This document shows, piece by piece, positions 21,252 to 34,866 of a stretch of 64,000 nucleotides of DNA. This DNA is from an uncultured Gemmatimonadales bacterium (GTDB lineage: Bacteria > Gemmatimonadota > Gemmatimonadetes > Gemmatimonadales > GWC2-71-9), in contig CAVUAK010000001.1 of NCBI GenBank assembly GCA_963739455.1, positions 832,001 through 896,000 of the forward strand, written 5' to 3'. The first letter of the stretch is position 1, and each line of letters starts with the position of its first letter. The translations under genes were made by a program, and so were the position numbers. Under the pieces are notes generated by a model. It was not told the DNA's origin and did not search any database. It was given only the letters and a program-made list of their open reading frames with translations.

Positions 21252-22436
21252 GTGACCTCTCACCAGCCATCCTCCGCGCCGGCACCAGCAGAAACCCTGC
21301 TGATCGCTGATCAGGCGTCTTTTGACAGCCTGATGCCACGGCTCGCGGCGACCGGACTGCTCGCCGTGGACACCGAGGCGGCAAGCTTCCACAAGTACCT
21401 GGATCGGGTCTACCTGCTGCAACTCTCCACCCGCGACGAGACCTTTGTGGTCGATCCGCTGGCGGTGAAAGACCTTTCCGCGTTCGGGGCAACGCTCGCG
21501 GATCCCGCGGTCGAGGTGGTGTTCCATGACGCCGACTACGACCTTCGGTTGCTCCACCACGAGTTCGGCTTCAAGGCCACCCATCTCTTCGACACCCGGG
21601 TGGCCGCGCAGTTGCTCGACGAGCCGGGCATCGGCCTGGCTGCGCTGCTGGAGAAGTACCTGCAGGTCAACGTCGACAAGCGCTTCCAGCGGGCCGACTG
21701 GTCAATTCGGCCCCTCTCAGCCGAGATGCTCGCCTACGCCGCAGGCGATACCCGGAACCTCGCCGAACTGCGCGATATCCTGCGGAACCGCCTCATGGAA
21801 CTGGGGCGGCTGGCGTGGGCGGAGGAAGAGTTCGTGGTCATGGAGGGGGCGCGGTGGGACATCGGGGAAGCCGCCGAGCCGGGCTGGCTCCGGCTCAAGG
21901 GGGCCAAGCTCCTCAAGCCCCGCGAACTGGCGGTGCTGCGCTCAGTGCATCAGTGGCGTGACGAACAGGCCCGGAAGCTCGACCGGGCAGCCTTCCGCAT
22001 CCTGAACAACGAGCCGATCCTGGCCATGGCCAAGGCGCCACCGCGCGACATGGAATCGCTGAAGCGCATCCCGGGCATCGGGCCCGACCAGGCAGAGCGT
22101 CGCGGGCGCCAGATCCTGGCCGCGGTTGAGGAAGCGCTCGCCATTCCGGACAGTGACCTGCCCCGGCTCGAGCGCGCCCCGCGCCGCGCCGCCGACCCTG
22201 CACTCGACGCGCGCCTCGAGCGCCTCAAGCTGGCGCGGAATCGCCTCGCGGCGCGGTACCCGCTGCAGCCAGGCGTGCTGTGCCCCAACGGCACGCTGGA
22301 AGCCATCGCGCGCACCAACCCGAAGAACCTCGAAGCACTGGCAACCACCCCCGCCATCCGCCGCTGGCAGGTGGCCGAGATCGGCGCCGAACTCCTGGCC
22401 GCTCTTCCCGAGCCGCCGACGCCCGGAGCTCAGTAG
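21252..22436 (+). CDS. rnd: Ribonuclease D
   Basis: AVDTE, FHDADYD, FDT, DWSIRPLS, YAAGD (DEDDy); HRDC domains. Confidence 0.93.
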   Translation: MTSHQPSSAPAPAETLLIADQASFDSLMPRLAATGLLAVDTEAASFHKYLDRVYLLQLSTRDETFVVDPLAVKDLSAFGATLADPAVEVVFHDADYDLRLLHHEFGFKATHLFDTRVAAQLLDEPGIGLAALLEKYLQVNVDKRFQRADWSIRPLSAEMLAYAAGDTRNLAELRDILRNRLMELGRLAWAEEEFVVMEGARWDIGEAAEPGWLRLKGAKLLKPRELAVLRSVHQWRDEQARKLDRAAFRILNNEPILAMAKAPPRDMESLKRIPGIGPDQAERRGRQILAAVEEALAIPDSDLPRLERAPRRAADPALDARLERLKLARNRLAARYPLQPGVLCPNGTLEAIARTNPKNLEALATTPAIRRWQVAEIGAELLAALPEPPTPGAQ

Positions 22437-22729
22437 CCCAGGAAGGCCTTTACCCGAGGGTCCATCCGCTCCGGCGTCCAGAACGGCTCCCACACCAGCT
22501 CCACCTCCACCGCAGTAATCCCCTCGAGCTCGCTCGCGACCCGGCGCGCATCTTCCATGATCTCGGCACCCGACGGACACCCCGGCGACGTCAGCGTCAT
22601 GTTGATGTGCGCCACCCCCTCCTCACTCACCGTGACGTCGTAGACCAGCCCGATGTCGATGATGTTGAGGTTGAGCTCGGGGTCCTTCACCGCGCGTAGC
22701 GCCTTGCGCACGCTCTCTCCAGTCTGCAT
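22430..22729 (-). CDS. DUF59/SufT-type metal-sulfur cluster assembly factor
   Basis: VKDPELNLNIIDIGLVY, MTLTSPGCP, VWEPFWTPERM. Confidence 0.92.
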   Translation of the reverse strand: MQTGESVRKALRAVKDPELNLNIIDIGLVYDVTVSEEGVAHINMTLTSPGCPSGAEIMEDARRVASELEGITAVEVELVWEPFWTPERMDPRVKAFLGY

Positions 22730-22732
22730 CTG

Positions 22733-23887
22733 CTAGCTCCCTTCCATCGGTACTGCAGCCACCACCGCATCAGCGAGATCTGCGCGAATGCGGCGCAGCG
22801 CCTGAAAAGTCTCCTTCACCCGCGGCTCGTACGCCCGGTTGGTGAGGAAGATGACGTAGACATCACGCGCCGGGTCGATCCACATCTGGGTACCGGTCCA
22901 TCCAGTGTGCCCATACGTGCCCGGATCGGGGTGCCGCCCGAACGACGACGGCTCCGGCCCGGCTAGGTCGGGGGTGTCCCATCCCAGGAGCCGTGTGCCG
23001 CTCGCCGCTGACCGCTGCAGGAACCGCTGCACTGTGCCCGCGGACAGCCAGGTCACTCCTTCCAGTGTACCCTGACCAAGCCACGCGCGCGCCACCCGGG
23101 CCAGGTCGGGCGCCGTGGAGAAGATGCCCGCATGACCCGCCACCCCACCCAGGAACGCGGCGTTCGGGTCATTCACCAGGCCCTGGCGGGTCCTGCCCTC
23201 TGAGGTTGTGGGCGCGGCAAGTCCCCGCTCTGGCTGCTCCACCCCGAAGCTGGTGTGTGCGAGGCGGAGTGGCTCGATCACCTCCCGCTTCACGAGCACG
23301 TCGAGCGGCGCTCCACCTACCTGCTCCAGGATCACGCCCAGGAGAATGGCGTTGAGGTCGCTGTATTCCGGTGCCGTGCCCGGGGCCCGGCGCAGCGGCT
23401 CCGAACTGATGCGCGCAATTGCCTCGGCGGGAGTCGCCGAGACCTGCCACAGCGCGATGAAGGGTGGGAGCCCGCTGGTGTGGTCGAGCAGCATGCGCAC
23501 CGTCACCTGCGGCTTCTCTCCCTCGGAGAATGCGGGCACATAGCGCATCACCGGCGCGTCGAGATCCAGGATGCCCCGGTCCACGAACCGCGCCGCCACG
23601 CCAGTCGTCGCCACCACCTTGGTGAGGCTGGCCACATCCCAGATCGTGCTGTCCGCCGATGGGCGCGCAGCCTTCCCACTCCAGGTGAGGCGTCCGTAGG
23701 CCTGGCTCAACAGCATCGTATCGCGCCGCCCGACGATAACCACCGCACCCGGATACACCCGGCGGCTTACGCCCCGCACCGCCACCTGGCTGACCGAACC
23801 GAACGATTGCGCCGCCAAGGGTGGGCGAGTGAAGGGCGCGCCCACGCCCAGCACCATCGCCATCAGGAGCCGAAGATCACTCCGCAT
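22733..23887 (-). CDS. Serine hydrolase, beta-lactamase class C/PBP-like family
   Basis: ASLTK (SxxK), LLDHTSGL, YSD, GHAG, GHTGWTGT; signal peptide. Confidence 0.9.
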   Translation of the reverse strand: MRSDLRLLMAMVLGVGAPFTRPPLAAQSFGSVSQVAVRGVSRRVYPGAVVIVGRRDTMLLSQAYGRLTWSGKAARPSADSTIWDVASLTKVVATTGVAARFVDRGILDLDAPVMRYVPAFSEGEKPQVTVRMLLDHTSGLPPFIALWQVSATPAEAIARISSEPLRRAPGTAPEYSDLNAILLGVILEQVGGAPLDVLVKREVIEPLRLAHTSFGVEQPERGLAAPTTSEGRTRQGLVNDPNAAFLGGVAGHAGIFSTAPDLARVARAWLGQGTLEGVTWLSAGTVQRFLQRSAASGTRLLGWDTPDLAGPEPSSFGRHPDPGTYGHTGWTGTQMWIDPARDVYVIFLTNRAYEPRVKETFQALRRIRADLADAVVAAVPMEGS

Positions 23888-24692
23888 GAGCGCGCGTTTC
23901 CCCCTCGCGCACCTGTCCCGGGGGCAACCGGTACAGCAGCACGACACTGCGCCGGTCGCGATCGCTTGGGGCGCGCACGTGCGTGGTCGGGAACATGATA
24001 TCCAGCGAGTCCGCCGAGTGGGGCAGCCCCACGGCATGGCCAACCTCGTGCACGGCAACGCCGGCAAGGGCGGGATCGGGAAGCAGCACGCCCGAACCTG
24101 TCCGCGCGGCCAGCGTGATGAACGCGCGCCGCACCCGGCCATACTGGTCCCACGCCAGGTCGGTCTGCCCCACGCGATCGGCGTCGAAGTGGTCTACCCA
24201 CCGGACGATGATCTCGGCGCCCGCCGTGTCAGGAAGTTCGACGAAGGTCATCCCGGCACCACTGGCTTGCCACGCGCTGAACGCGTCGCGGGCAACGTCG
24301 GCCATCCTCGGCGTGTAGTCGCGCGCGGCACCATCGATCACCAGCGCGTAGCGCAGTGCCCTTCCGCTCCGGTCCGGCCAGCGTCGCACGACGGAATCAG
24401 TGGTCAAGAGCATGGAGTCGAGGTACGTGTCCCGGCCTTGATCGGATAACTGCCGCCGCACCGACAATCGAGCGAGGTGCTCCGCCGGCGAGAGCGCCTG
24501 CAGGCCCGGCACGGATGCGGACGGCGCCGCCGACGGGCGCGCCGCGGGCAGCACCGCGCTCGTGTCGGCCGAGTCGCGGGCAGGGGTCGCGCCCGCCCCG
24601 GCGCGATTCACCCAGCTCCGTCCCGCGCGATCCGCGAGCACGAGCACGAACAGCAGCAGCGTCACCGTGGGCAGTACAATGCGTCGCAGCAT
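23877..24692 (-). CDS. Matrixin-family (M10) metalloprotease
   Basis: HEVGHAVGLPH with Met-turn DIMFP; N-terminal TM. Confidence 0.88.
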   Translation of the reverse strand: MLRRIVLPTVTLLLFVLVLADRAGRSWVNRAGAGATPARDSADTSAVLPAARPSAAPSASVPGLQALSPAEHLARLSVRRQLSDQGRDTYLDSMLLTTDSVVRRWPDRSGRALRYALVIDGAARDYTPRMADVARDAFSAWQASGAGMTFVELPDTAGAEIIVRWVDHFDADRVGQTDLAWDQYGRVRRAFITLAARTGSGVLLPDPALAGVAVHEVGHAVGLPHSADSLDIMFPTTHVRAPSDRDRRSVVLLYRLPPGQVREGETRAHAE

Positions 24693-24777
24693 GGTCGGTG
24701 AATATGCCCACGGCCTCCGCGATTGGCAGCATCCGCGCTGGCGTCAAGGATTCGGCCCGTCTAGGATTGAGCCACCC

Positions 24778-27066
24778 ATGCTGCCCCTCGCGCGCGCGCT
24801 GATTCGCCGGCGCTGGATCGTCATCGTCCTGTGGACGGTCCTCGGTGCTTATGCGACGCTCCGCGCTCCCGGCACGCCCGAACTCCTCAGCGCGCGTGGC
24901 GGTTCCTTCAAGGTTACCGAAGCTGACAAGGTCAGCGCGCTCATCCGGACCCGCTTCGCGGCGCCGCTGGGCGAGACCTTCGCGCTCACCCTGCAGGCAC
25001 CCTCATCCGTCGATTCGGGCCGCTCGGGCGCCGTGTTCGACAGCCTCGTCGCCACGCTCCGCCGGCAGCCCGCCATCCGTGAGGTCGTGACCTGGCGCGA
25101 CGCACCAGGACGGCCATTCATCAGCGCCGACCACCACACCACCGCCGTGGTGATCGCCCTCCGCACCACCTCGGGCGACACCTCCGCCATGATGGTGCAG
25201 GTCATCCGCGACACGGTGCAGCAGGCGCTTCGCCACTTCGCCGATCACGAACAGTATCGCACCCTGCTCACCGGCCGCGCGGCACTCGACGTCGATACCC
25301 GCACGCTCAGCACGCGCGAGACTCGCCGGGGCGAGCTGCAGCTGCTCCCGCTCACGCTCGTCATCCTCGTGCTGGCTTTCGGCGCCCTCGTGGCGGCAGC
25401 ACTCCCGCTGCTCATCGGGTCGCTCACGATATCAGTGTCGCTGACGATCGTTGGCCTGCTGACCCGCATCACGCCGATGTCGATCTTCGTCCTGTCGATT
25501 GCCACCATGATCGGCCTTGGCGTGGGCATCGACTACTCGCTGCTCATCGTCACCCGGTTCCGCGAGGAGATGAGCCGTGGGTCTTCCCGCCGCGATGCCG
25601 CGGTGAACACGATCCTCACCGCCGGGGGTGCGGTCATCACGTCCGGCCTTACCGTCGTGGTGGGCTTCGGCGCACTGATCTTCACGCCCCTGGTCGAAAC
25701 CCGGAGCGTCGGCATCGGCGGGCTCATCGTGGTGGCGTCGGCCGTACTGCTCTCGGTGACCCTGCTGCCGGCGTTGCTCGCCGTCATCGGGCGCAACATC
25801 GATCGGCCCCGCTGGCTCGCCCGCAAGCTCGCCTGGTACCACTCCCCGCAGCTCTGGGAAAAGTGGGCCCGCACCCTGCACCGGCATCCGTGGCGCGCCC
25901 TGACGCTTGGCGGGCTCTTCATCGGCATCCTGAGCCTCCCGGCACTCGGGCTGCGCGTCGGCGTCCCGGCGCGGCACTGGTGGCCATCGCACACCGAGGC
26001 CGGCGCCGGCGCCAACGTGCTCCAGTCGCTCGGCGCGATGGGATACGTGGTGCCGGTGCGCGTGATGGTGGAACTGCCGGAGGGGAAGTCGGTCACCGAG
26101 GCGGTGTACCTGCGGGGACTGAAGAGCCTCTCCGACTCGCTCCGTGCCGACCCGCGCGTCGGCGATATCGTGAGCATCGTTGATCTCTCCTCGAGCAACT
26201 CGATCCTCAAGTACTCGCTGCTGTACAGCGACCTCGACTCGGCCCGGGCGCAGTATCCCCTGCTCGACACCTATCTCGGGAAGGACTCGCGCATCACCAT
26301 GATCGATGTCTTCCCCGCCGACACGACGTCGCTGCTCACGGGGATGGGGATCGTCACGCGTGCCCGCGCGCTCGGCGCGCATCCACCGAAGCAGCTTGCC
26401 GACGCGAAGGTTCTCGTCGGCGGCTTCCTGGCCACCAACGTGGACCTGCAGGAAGACCTGCTGGCGCGCTTCCCGCTGATCGTGGCGCTGATTCTCGGCG
26501 CCACCGGCATCATGCTCGCCATCGCCTTCCGCTCGGTGCTCATTCCCCTCAAGGCGATCCTGCTCAACACCCTCTCGGTGGCGGGCACCTTCGGGCTCGT
26601 GGTGCTTGTCTTCCAGAAGGGCTTCGGCATCGGGGTCCTCGGGCTCGAGGGTGCCACCGATGCCATCTTCGTGGTGATCCCCGTGCTGGTGTTTGCCGTC
26701 GTGTTCGGCCTGAGCATGGACTACGAGGTGTTCCTGCTGAGCCGCATCAAGGAGGCGTTCGACCGCACCGGCCGGAACGACGAAGCGACCATGGAGGGCG
26801 TCAGCGCCACCGCCTCCGTCATTACGTCGGCGGCGCTCATCATGCTCCTCGTCTTCGGCGTCTTTGCCTTCTCGCACGTCCTCGCGATGCAGTTGCTTGG
26901 CTTCGGCCTGGCCGTGGCAGTGCTGCTCGATGCCACCGTCATCCGAATGGTGCTGGTGCCGGCGGTCATGCAGCTCATGGGTCGGTGGAACTGGTGGCCC
27001 GGGGTCGACCCGCGCCAGCCGGCGCGCCCGAAGCCGATGCAGTCGGGAGAGCACCACATTCCGTAG
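24778..27066 (+). CDS. MMPL-family RND transporter
   Basis: GLGVGIDYSLLIVTRFREE, FGLSMDYEVFLLSRIKE, LLDATVIR, GRWNWW. Confidence 0.95.
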   Translation: MLPLARALIRRRWIVIVLWTVLGAYATLRAPGTPELLSARGGSFKVTEADKVSALIRTRFAAPLGETFALTLQAPSSVDSGRSGAVFDSLVATLRRQPAIREVVTWRDAPGRPFISADHHTTAVVIALRTTSGDTSAMMVQVIRDTVQQALRHFADHEQYRTLLTGRAALDVDTRTLSTRETRRGELQLLPLTLVILVLAFGALVAAALPLLIGSLTISVSLTIVGLLTRITPMSIFVLSIATMIGLGVGIDYSLLIVTRFREEMSRGSSRRDAAVNTILTAGGAVITSGLTVVVGFGALIFTPLVETRSVGIGGLIVVASAVLLSVTLLPALLAVIGRNIDRPRWLARKLAWYHSPQLWEKWARTLHRHPWRALTLGGLFIGILSLPALGLRVGVPARHWWPSHTEAGAGANVLQSLGAMGYVVPVRVMVELPEGKSVTEAVYLRGLKSLSDSLRADPRVGDIVSIVDLSSSNSILKYSLLYSDLDSARAQYPLLDTYLGKDSRITMIDVFPADTTSLLTGMGIVTRARALGAHPPKQLADAKVLVGGFLATNVDLQEDLLARFPLIVALILGATGIMLAIAFRSVLIPLKAILLNTLSVAGTFGLVVLVFQKGFGIGVLGLEGATDAIFVVIPVLVFAVVFGLSMDYEVFLLSRIKEAFDRTGRNDEATMEGVSATASVITSAALIMLLVFGVFAFSHVLAMQLLGFGLAVAVLLDATVIRMVLVPAVMQLMGRWNWWPGVDPRQPARPKPMQSGEHHIP

Positions 27067-27075
27067 GGAGGCGTG

Positions 27076-28491
27076 ATGTCGCACCCGCCGGACAAGCCAG
27101 CACTGCGCCGGGTCCTGCGGGTCAAGGATCTCGTCTTCTTCTACGTCACCGCGGTGCTCGGCATGCGCTGGGTTGCCACCGCCGCGGCGGCCGGCCCCTC
27201 CGCGCTGCTCATCTGGGTCGTCGCGGCGCTGTGCCTCTTCGTTCCCCTCGCCTTCACCGTCATCGAGCTCTCGTCGCGCTATCCCGACGAGGGCGGCATC
27301 TACGTCTGGACCAAGCGTGCCTTCGGCGACTTCACCGGTTTCATGACCGGCTGGACCTACTGGGGCGCCAACCTCACCTACCTGCCCGGGCTGCTCTACT
27401 TCGCCGCCAGCACCGCGCTCTACATCTTCGGCTCTCGCTACGCGCACCTGCAGGACAGCGGCAACTACTTCATCATCGTGGCGATGATCGGTCTCATCAT
27501 TGCCGTCGCCATGAACATCGTGGGCCTCGAGGTGGGCAAGTGGCTTGCGACCGTCGGCGCCATCGGCACCTGGATCCCGATGATCCTGCTCATCGGCATG
27601 GGCATGGTCGCCTGGGCGCGCTTCGGGTCGGCAACGCCACTCACCGCATCCACGCTGCTGCCATCCACCGGACTCCGCGAGATGGTGTTCTGGTCCACCA
27701 TCGCCTTCGCCTTCACCGGTCTCGAGGCCGGTTCATTCATGGGCGAGGAGATTGTCGAGCCCCGCCGGAGCATCCCGCGCGCCGTGTGGATTGCGGGTGC
27801 CAGCATTGCCGTCATCTACATCCTCGGCACGCTCGCCGTCATGCTGGCGCTGCCCCAGGCGGAGATAACGGGCCTCGCCGGCATCATGGACGCGATCACC
27901 GCGACCGGAACGCGCATCGGGCTCACCGGTCTCGCGCCCATCGCCGCCGTGCTCATCGTGCTCAACACCCTGGGCGGCGTCGGCGTCTGGCTCGCGGCAC
28001 CGGCGCGGCTCCCCTTCGTTGCCGGGATCGACAACTACCTGCCCCGCGCCTTCGGCAAGCTGCACCCGAAGTACGGTACGCCACACGTTGCCCTGCTGCT
28101 CCAGGCTGGCGTCGCTGCCTTCTGCGCCATTCTCGGCCAGGCAGGCGAGACGCCGAAGCAGGCCTACGAGATTCTCGTGAGCCTCGGCGTCGTCGCCTTC
28201 TTCCTGCCGTACATCGCGATGTTTGCGGCGATGATCCGGCTGCAGCGTGAGCCGGCCGGTCCCGAGGTGGTCCGTCCACCGGGAGGACGCCCGGTGGCGA
28301 TCCTGCTCGGCTGGACTGGCCTCGCCACGTCGGTGGCGGCGATCGTGCTGGCGTGCGTTCCGCCCCCGGGTGAGGCGGACGGACGGCGCTACGTGATCAA
28401 GGTGGTTGGGTTGAGCGCACTGCTGGTGGGAAGTGGCGTGGTTGCCTGGGTGATTGGCAACGCGCGCCGGCGCGGCGCCGCTAGCGCGTAA
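27076..28491 (+). CDS. APC-family amino acid permease
   Basis: About 12 TMs; ELSSRYPDEGGIYVW, FAFTGLE, LHPKYGTP. Confidence 0.93.
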   Translation: MSHPPDKPALRRVLRVKDLVFFYVTAVLGMRWVATAAAAGPSALLIWVVAALCLFVPLAFTVIELSSRYPDEGGIYVWTKRAFGDFTGFMTGWTYWGANLTYLPGLLYFAASTALYIFGSRYAHLQDSGNYFIIVAMIGLIIAVAMNIVGLEVGKWLATVGAIGTWIPMILLIGMGMVAWARFGSATPLTASTLLPSTGLREMVFWSTIAFAFTGLEAGSFMGEEIVEPRRSIPRAVWIAGASIAVIYILGTLAVMLALPQAEITGLAGIMDAITATGTRIGLTGLAPIAAVLIVLNTLGGVGVWLAAPARLPFVAGIDNYLPRAFGKLHPKYGTPHVALLLQAGVAAFCAILGQAGETPKQAYEILVSLGVVAFFLPYIAMFAAMIRLQREPAGPEVVRPPGGRPVAILLGWTGLATSVAAIVLACVPPPGEADGRRYVIKVVGLSALLVGSGVVAWVIGNARRRGAASA

Positions 28492-28978
28492 TCGCCGACA
28501 TGCCGCGCGCGATGAACACCAGCGCGCCGCAGATGAGCACCACCAGCCCGATCGCCCCGAGCAGGGCGCCCCGCGTGAGCGCACGCTCTGCGCTCAGGTA
28601 GAGATCGGGATGCGATTGCGGCGCTGGTGCCGCGTCGCGGATCGCACGCCACGCCGCCCGCCGAACCTCGAAGTCGTCGCCTGCCGAAATGCCGTGCCTC
28701 GGCGTAATGCCGTCGTCGCCCAGGTTCGGAAAGTCGAGTGCATTCGCTTCCACACCTGCCAGCGAGTACCTGTCGTCCAGCGGACGAAAACGCTGCCGCG
28801 CCTTCCAGCCCGCCTGCACCTCCGGATGATCCTTCAGCCGTATCCACGCCTTTGTCCCGGAATCGAAGACGAAGTCCTCACCCCCGAGAAGCCCGCGCTC
28901 GAGTGCATCGAGCAATGCCTCGACGCCCGGGAACAGCCGGGTGGTACCGACGGTATCGGTGACAGTGAAATTCGGCAT
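28481..28978 (-). CDS. Hypothetical membrane protein with GYF_2-like N-terminal domain
   Basis: GLLGGEDFVFDSGTKAWIRLKDHPEV resembles GYF_2; C-terminal TM. Confidence 0.65.
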   Translation of the reverse strand: MPNFTVTDTVGTTRLFPGVEALLDALERGLLGGEDFVFDSGTKAWIRLKDHPEVQAGWKARQRFRPLDDRYSLAGVEANALDFPNLGDDGITPRHGISAGDDFEVRRAAWRAIRDAAPAPQSHPDLYLSAERALTRGALLGAIGLVVLICGALVFIARGMSAITR

Positions 28979-29103
28979 GTATCGCTCTGGAACGGGAAGG
29001 ATGCGGTGTCGTCGCCGGCCAGCGAAGACGCCTTAGGCAAGATTCACCTCACAGCAGCGTTGGTCAATGCTCTTCCTCCTCACCCCTCACGCTGTTGCGG
29101 TTC

Positions 29104-31932
<2,829 letters not shown>

Positions 31933-31933
<1 letters not shown>

Positions 31934-33270
31934 CAACGCCCGAGCCGCGTCGCCGCGCGCTCGAACTCCGAGCGGGATTCCGGGGTCAGCCGGAAGCGGT
32001 TGAACCCCGAGTCGTCACGGAAGTAGAGCGTGAGCCGCAGGCTCTGGTAGGTCCAGCGGATCACCCGGTCCTGCGTCAGGCCATTGGTGTCGAATACGTC
32101 ATCGGGCTCGCCCAGGCGGATGTACACCTCGCCTCGCTCGGTGCGCCACCCCGGCACGCCCTCGTCATGGAACTGCTGTGCCGACACCGCCACCCGCCCG
32201 AAATAGGAATTGAGCGCCTCGTTTTCCGGTGTACGGGGATTCGGGTCGGTCTCCTTCCAGAACGCGAGCCACGCCGTCGCCCGCTGGCTCGGCTCCGCCT
32301 GCTTGAGCTTGTCGACATCCTGCTGATGGCCGAACCACTTCAGCATGCTGATCATCTCGTCGAAGTTCGTCACCAGCCACGCCGCCGAGAACGAGACCAC
32401 CGCCGAGACCGTCTTCTGGTCAGGCTTGTTCCCCACCACGAGCCGCATCTCACCCAGGGTCATGCTGTCGGGCCGGAGCTTGATGAACTGGCTCTCCACC
32501 GGAAGGCCGCCGCGGAAGTGGAGCGAGTCGGTGTACACCAGGCTGTCCGTCGCGGTTCGGACCTCGAAGGGCACCGCCGTCGGGGCGGTATAGCCGTACC
32601 CCTCGAGGTAGGCCAGCAGCGTGTCGCCGCCGAACGCCACCGCGCCACGGGGATTGAGTACGATGCGAAGTGACTGGTCCAGGCGCTCGCGCCCCGTCAC
32701 CTGGTAGGTCAGGATCGGCGCTGACGTGGTTGACGTGCCGAAGGGGGAGACGACGAGCGTGCGCCCCGCCTTGTTGATCGTACCCGACTGCATGTCTCGG
32801 ATGGTGACGGTCAGCTCGTAGCTGCCCGGCACCAGCCGGAAGAATTTCTGGAACAGCACGCTTTCGTCGGCGCGACCCGTTTCCTGGAAACTGTCCACCC
32901 GGACCGTTTCCTCCTGACCGCCGGTCACCGACCGGCCCGTCGCCGGCTGGAACGTGGCGTCAACCCGGTAGCGCGCGACGTACGCCGTGCCGTCCTTCTG
33001 GAACGAGAGCGCCCGGTTCTCCAGCGACAATCCAAGGATCACCAGCACGGTGTCGCCCGCGCCCTTCACCAGCGCAACGGAACCGATGAACGGCAGCGGC
33101 TCTCCCGCCGAAAGCCGCCCCAGCTTCTGGAACAGCGCCTGCTGGTTGAGGAGCGCCGAGAAGCCTTCCGCTGGGGCCTTGGCATCCTCGGTGCCCACGC
33201 GCTTCCATCCCCCGCAGGCCGCAAGGATTCCCAGGGACACCAACGCCACCACGCCTCTGATCCGTCGCAT
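31933..33270 (-). CDS. GWxTD-domain lipoprotein
   Basis: Lipobox LAAC; FWKETDPNPRTPENE, GWRTERGEVYIRLGEPD. Confidence 0.88.
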
Positions 33271-33376
33271 GCGACTCCCTTGGGGTGCTGCCTCACTCGT
33301 GATCCAGGCCCCGGACACGCCAGGAAACTCCCGGAAAGCTTGCTGGCTTGACGAGTGCGCGCTAGCTTCGCCGTCC

Positions 33377-34267
33377 ATGACCTCCGACAGCCTGCAGGGG
33401 CGCACCATCAACGGATATCGCCTCCTCAAGCAGATGGGCGAGGGAGGAACCGCGCTCGTGTACCGGGCCGACCACCCCGACCGGGGCACGACGGCGGTCA
33501 AGGTACTGCGACATCGCCTCGCCGAGGACCCCGTGGCCGTGAAGCGCTTCCTGAGCGAGGCGGATCTCGGCAAGCGGGTGGCCCACCCGAACATCGTCAA
33601 GACCTACGACTACGGGCAGTCCGACGGACTGTATTACCTGGCGCTCGAGTGGATCGAGGGCGAGCCGCTTGCCACCTTCGCCACCCGGTCCGGCCCCCTC
33701 GCCATGCCGGTCGTCGCCACCATCGTGGAGCAGATCGGCGGCGCCCTCGCTGCCGCGCACAAGGGCCGCATCATTCATCGGGACCTGAAGCCGGCGAACA
33801 TCATGTTCGACCCGGCCACCCAGCGCGCCATGCTGCTCGACTTCGGCATCGCGCGGGACACCGAGAGTAATCCCGACGAGCGACTCACCCGCGCCGGTTT
33901 CTTCGTGGGAACCCTGCAGTATGTCGCCCCCGAGACGCTGAGCGGCGCCCTGGTCAACGAGCAGGCCGACGTGTACAGCCTGGCCACCATCGCCTACTAC
34001 CTGCTGACCGGTGAGCATCCCTTCAACGGCAAGAACCCCCGGGAGCTCTTCCAGCAGCTCCTGACGCAGGACCCCGTTCCCCTGAGCCAGGCCACCCGGG
34101 GACTCAAGTTCCCGCCGGCTGTCGAGGCCGCAGTGATGCAGGGGCTGATGCGGGACCTGTCGCAGCGTACGAAGACGGTGGACGAATTCGCCACCGCTTT
34201 CTGCACCGCGGTGCGGTCCACCGACGACCCCAAGGGCGGCTTCCTCAAGAAGCTCTTCGGTCGATGA
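33377..34267 (+). CDS. Ser/Thr protein kinase, kinase domain only
   Basis: GEGG, AVK, HPNIV, HRDLKPAN, DFG, GTLQYVAPE. Confidence 0.93.
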   Translation: MTSDSLQGRTINGYRLLKQMGEGGTALVYRADHPDRGTTAVKVLRHRLAEDPVAVKRFLSEADLGKRVAHPNIVKTYDYGQSDGLYYLALEWIEGEPLATFATRSGPLAMPVVATIVEQIGGALAAAHKGRIIHRDLKPANIMFDPATQRAMLLDFGIARDTESNPDERLTRAGFFVGTLQYVAPETLSGALVNEQADVYSLATIAYYLLTGEHPFNGKNPRELFQQLLTQDPVPLSQATRGLKFPPAVEAAVMQGLMRDLSQRTKTVDEFATAFCTAVRSTDDPKGGFLKKLFGR

Positions 34268-34815
34268 GCGACCAGGCGGCACTGGAGCAGCTCCTCCGGG
34301 AGCGCTCGGTGCGCTTTGGCGATTTCCTGCTCGCTTCCGGCCAGCGTTCCACCTACTACATCGACTGCCGCCTTACCACCATGTCCGCCCAGGGCATGAT
34401 CCTCATCGGTCGCCTCGGGCTTGCCGCGGTCCGCGCCGCCGGCTGGGCACCTGACGCCATCGGTGGCCTCACCATGGGCGCCGATCCCGTGGCGTACGCC
34501 GTCGCTGCCACCAGCGTCGGATCACCTCCCGTCATCGACGCCTTCAGCGTCCGCAAGGAAGCCAAGGCCCACGGCACCGGCCGCGCGATCGAGGGGAACT
34601 TCCGCGAGGGTGCCAAGGTGGTTGTGGTCGAGGATGTGATCACGTCCGGCGGGTCGGCCGAGAAGGCCATCAGCGCCGTGCGCGACGCCGGCGGCATCGT
34701 GCTCGGCGTGCTCGCCGTGGTGGACCGACTGCAGGGCGGCAGGGCGCACCTTGAAGGCCTCGGACACACAGTAGTATCACTTACAACTACGGCATCACTC
34801 GGCATCCATGCCTAG
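34264..34815 (+). CDS. pyrE: Orotate phosphoribosyltransferase
   Basis: LASGQRSTYYID, VRKEAKAHG, VVEDVITSGGS. Confidence 0.95.
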   Translation: MSDQAALEQLLRERSVRFGDFLLASGQRSTYYIDCRLTTMSAQGMILIGRLGLAAVRAAGWAPDAIGGLTMGADPVAYAVAATSVGSPPVIDAFSVRKEAKAHGTGRAIEGNFREGAKVVVVEDVITSGGSAEKAISAVRDAGGIVLGVLAVVDRLQGGRAHLEGLGHTVVSLTTTASLGIHA

Positions 34816-34860
34816 TCGGCTCACGACTCACTGCCGACTCACGACTCACGACTCACGACC
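34815..34860. repeat. Heptamer tandem repeat (CTCACGA)
   Basis: ctcacga ctcactgccga ctcacga ctcacga ctcacga. Confidence 0.8.
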
Positions 34861-34866
34861 CTTGAT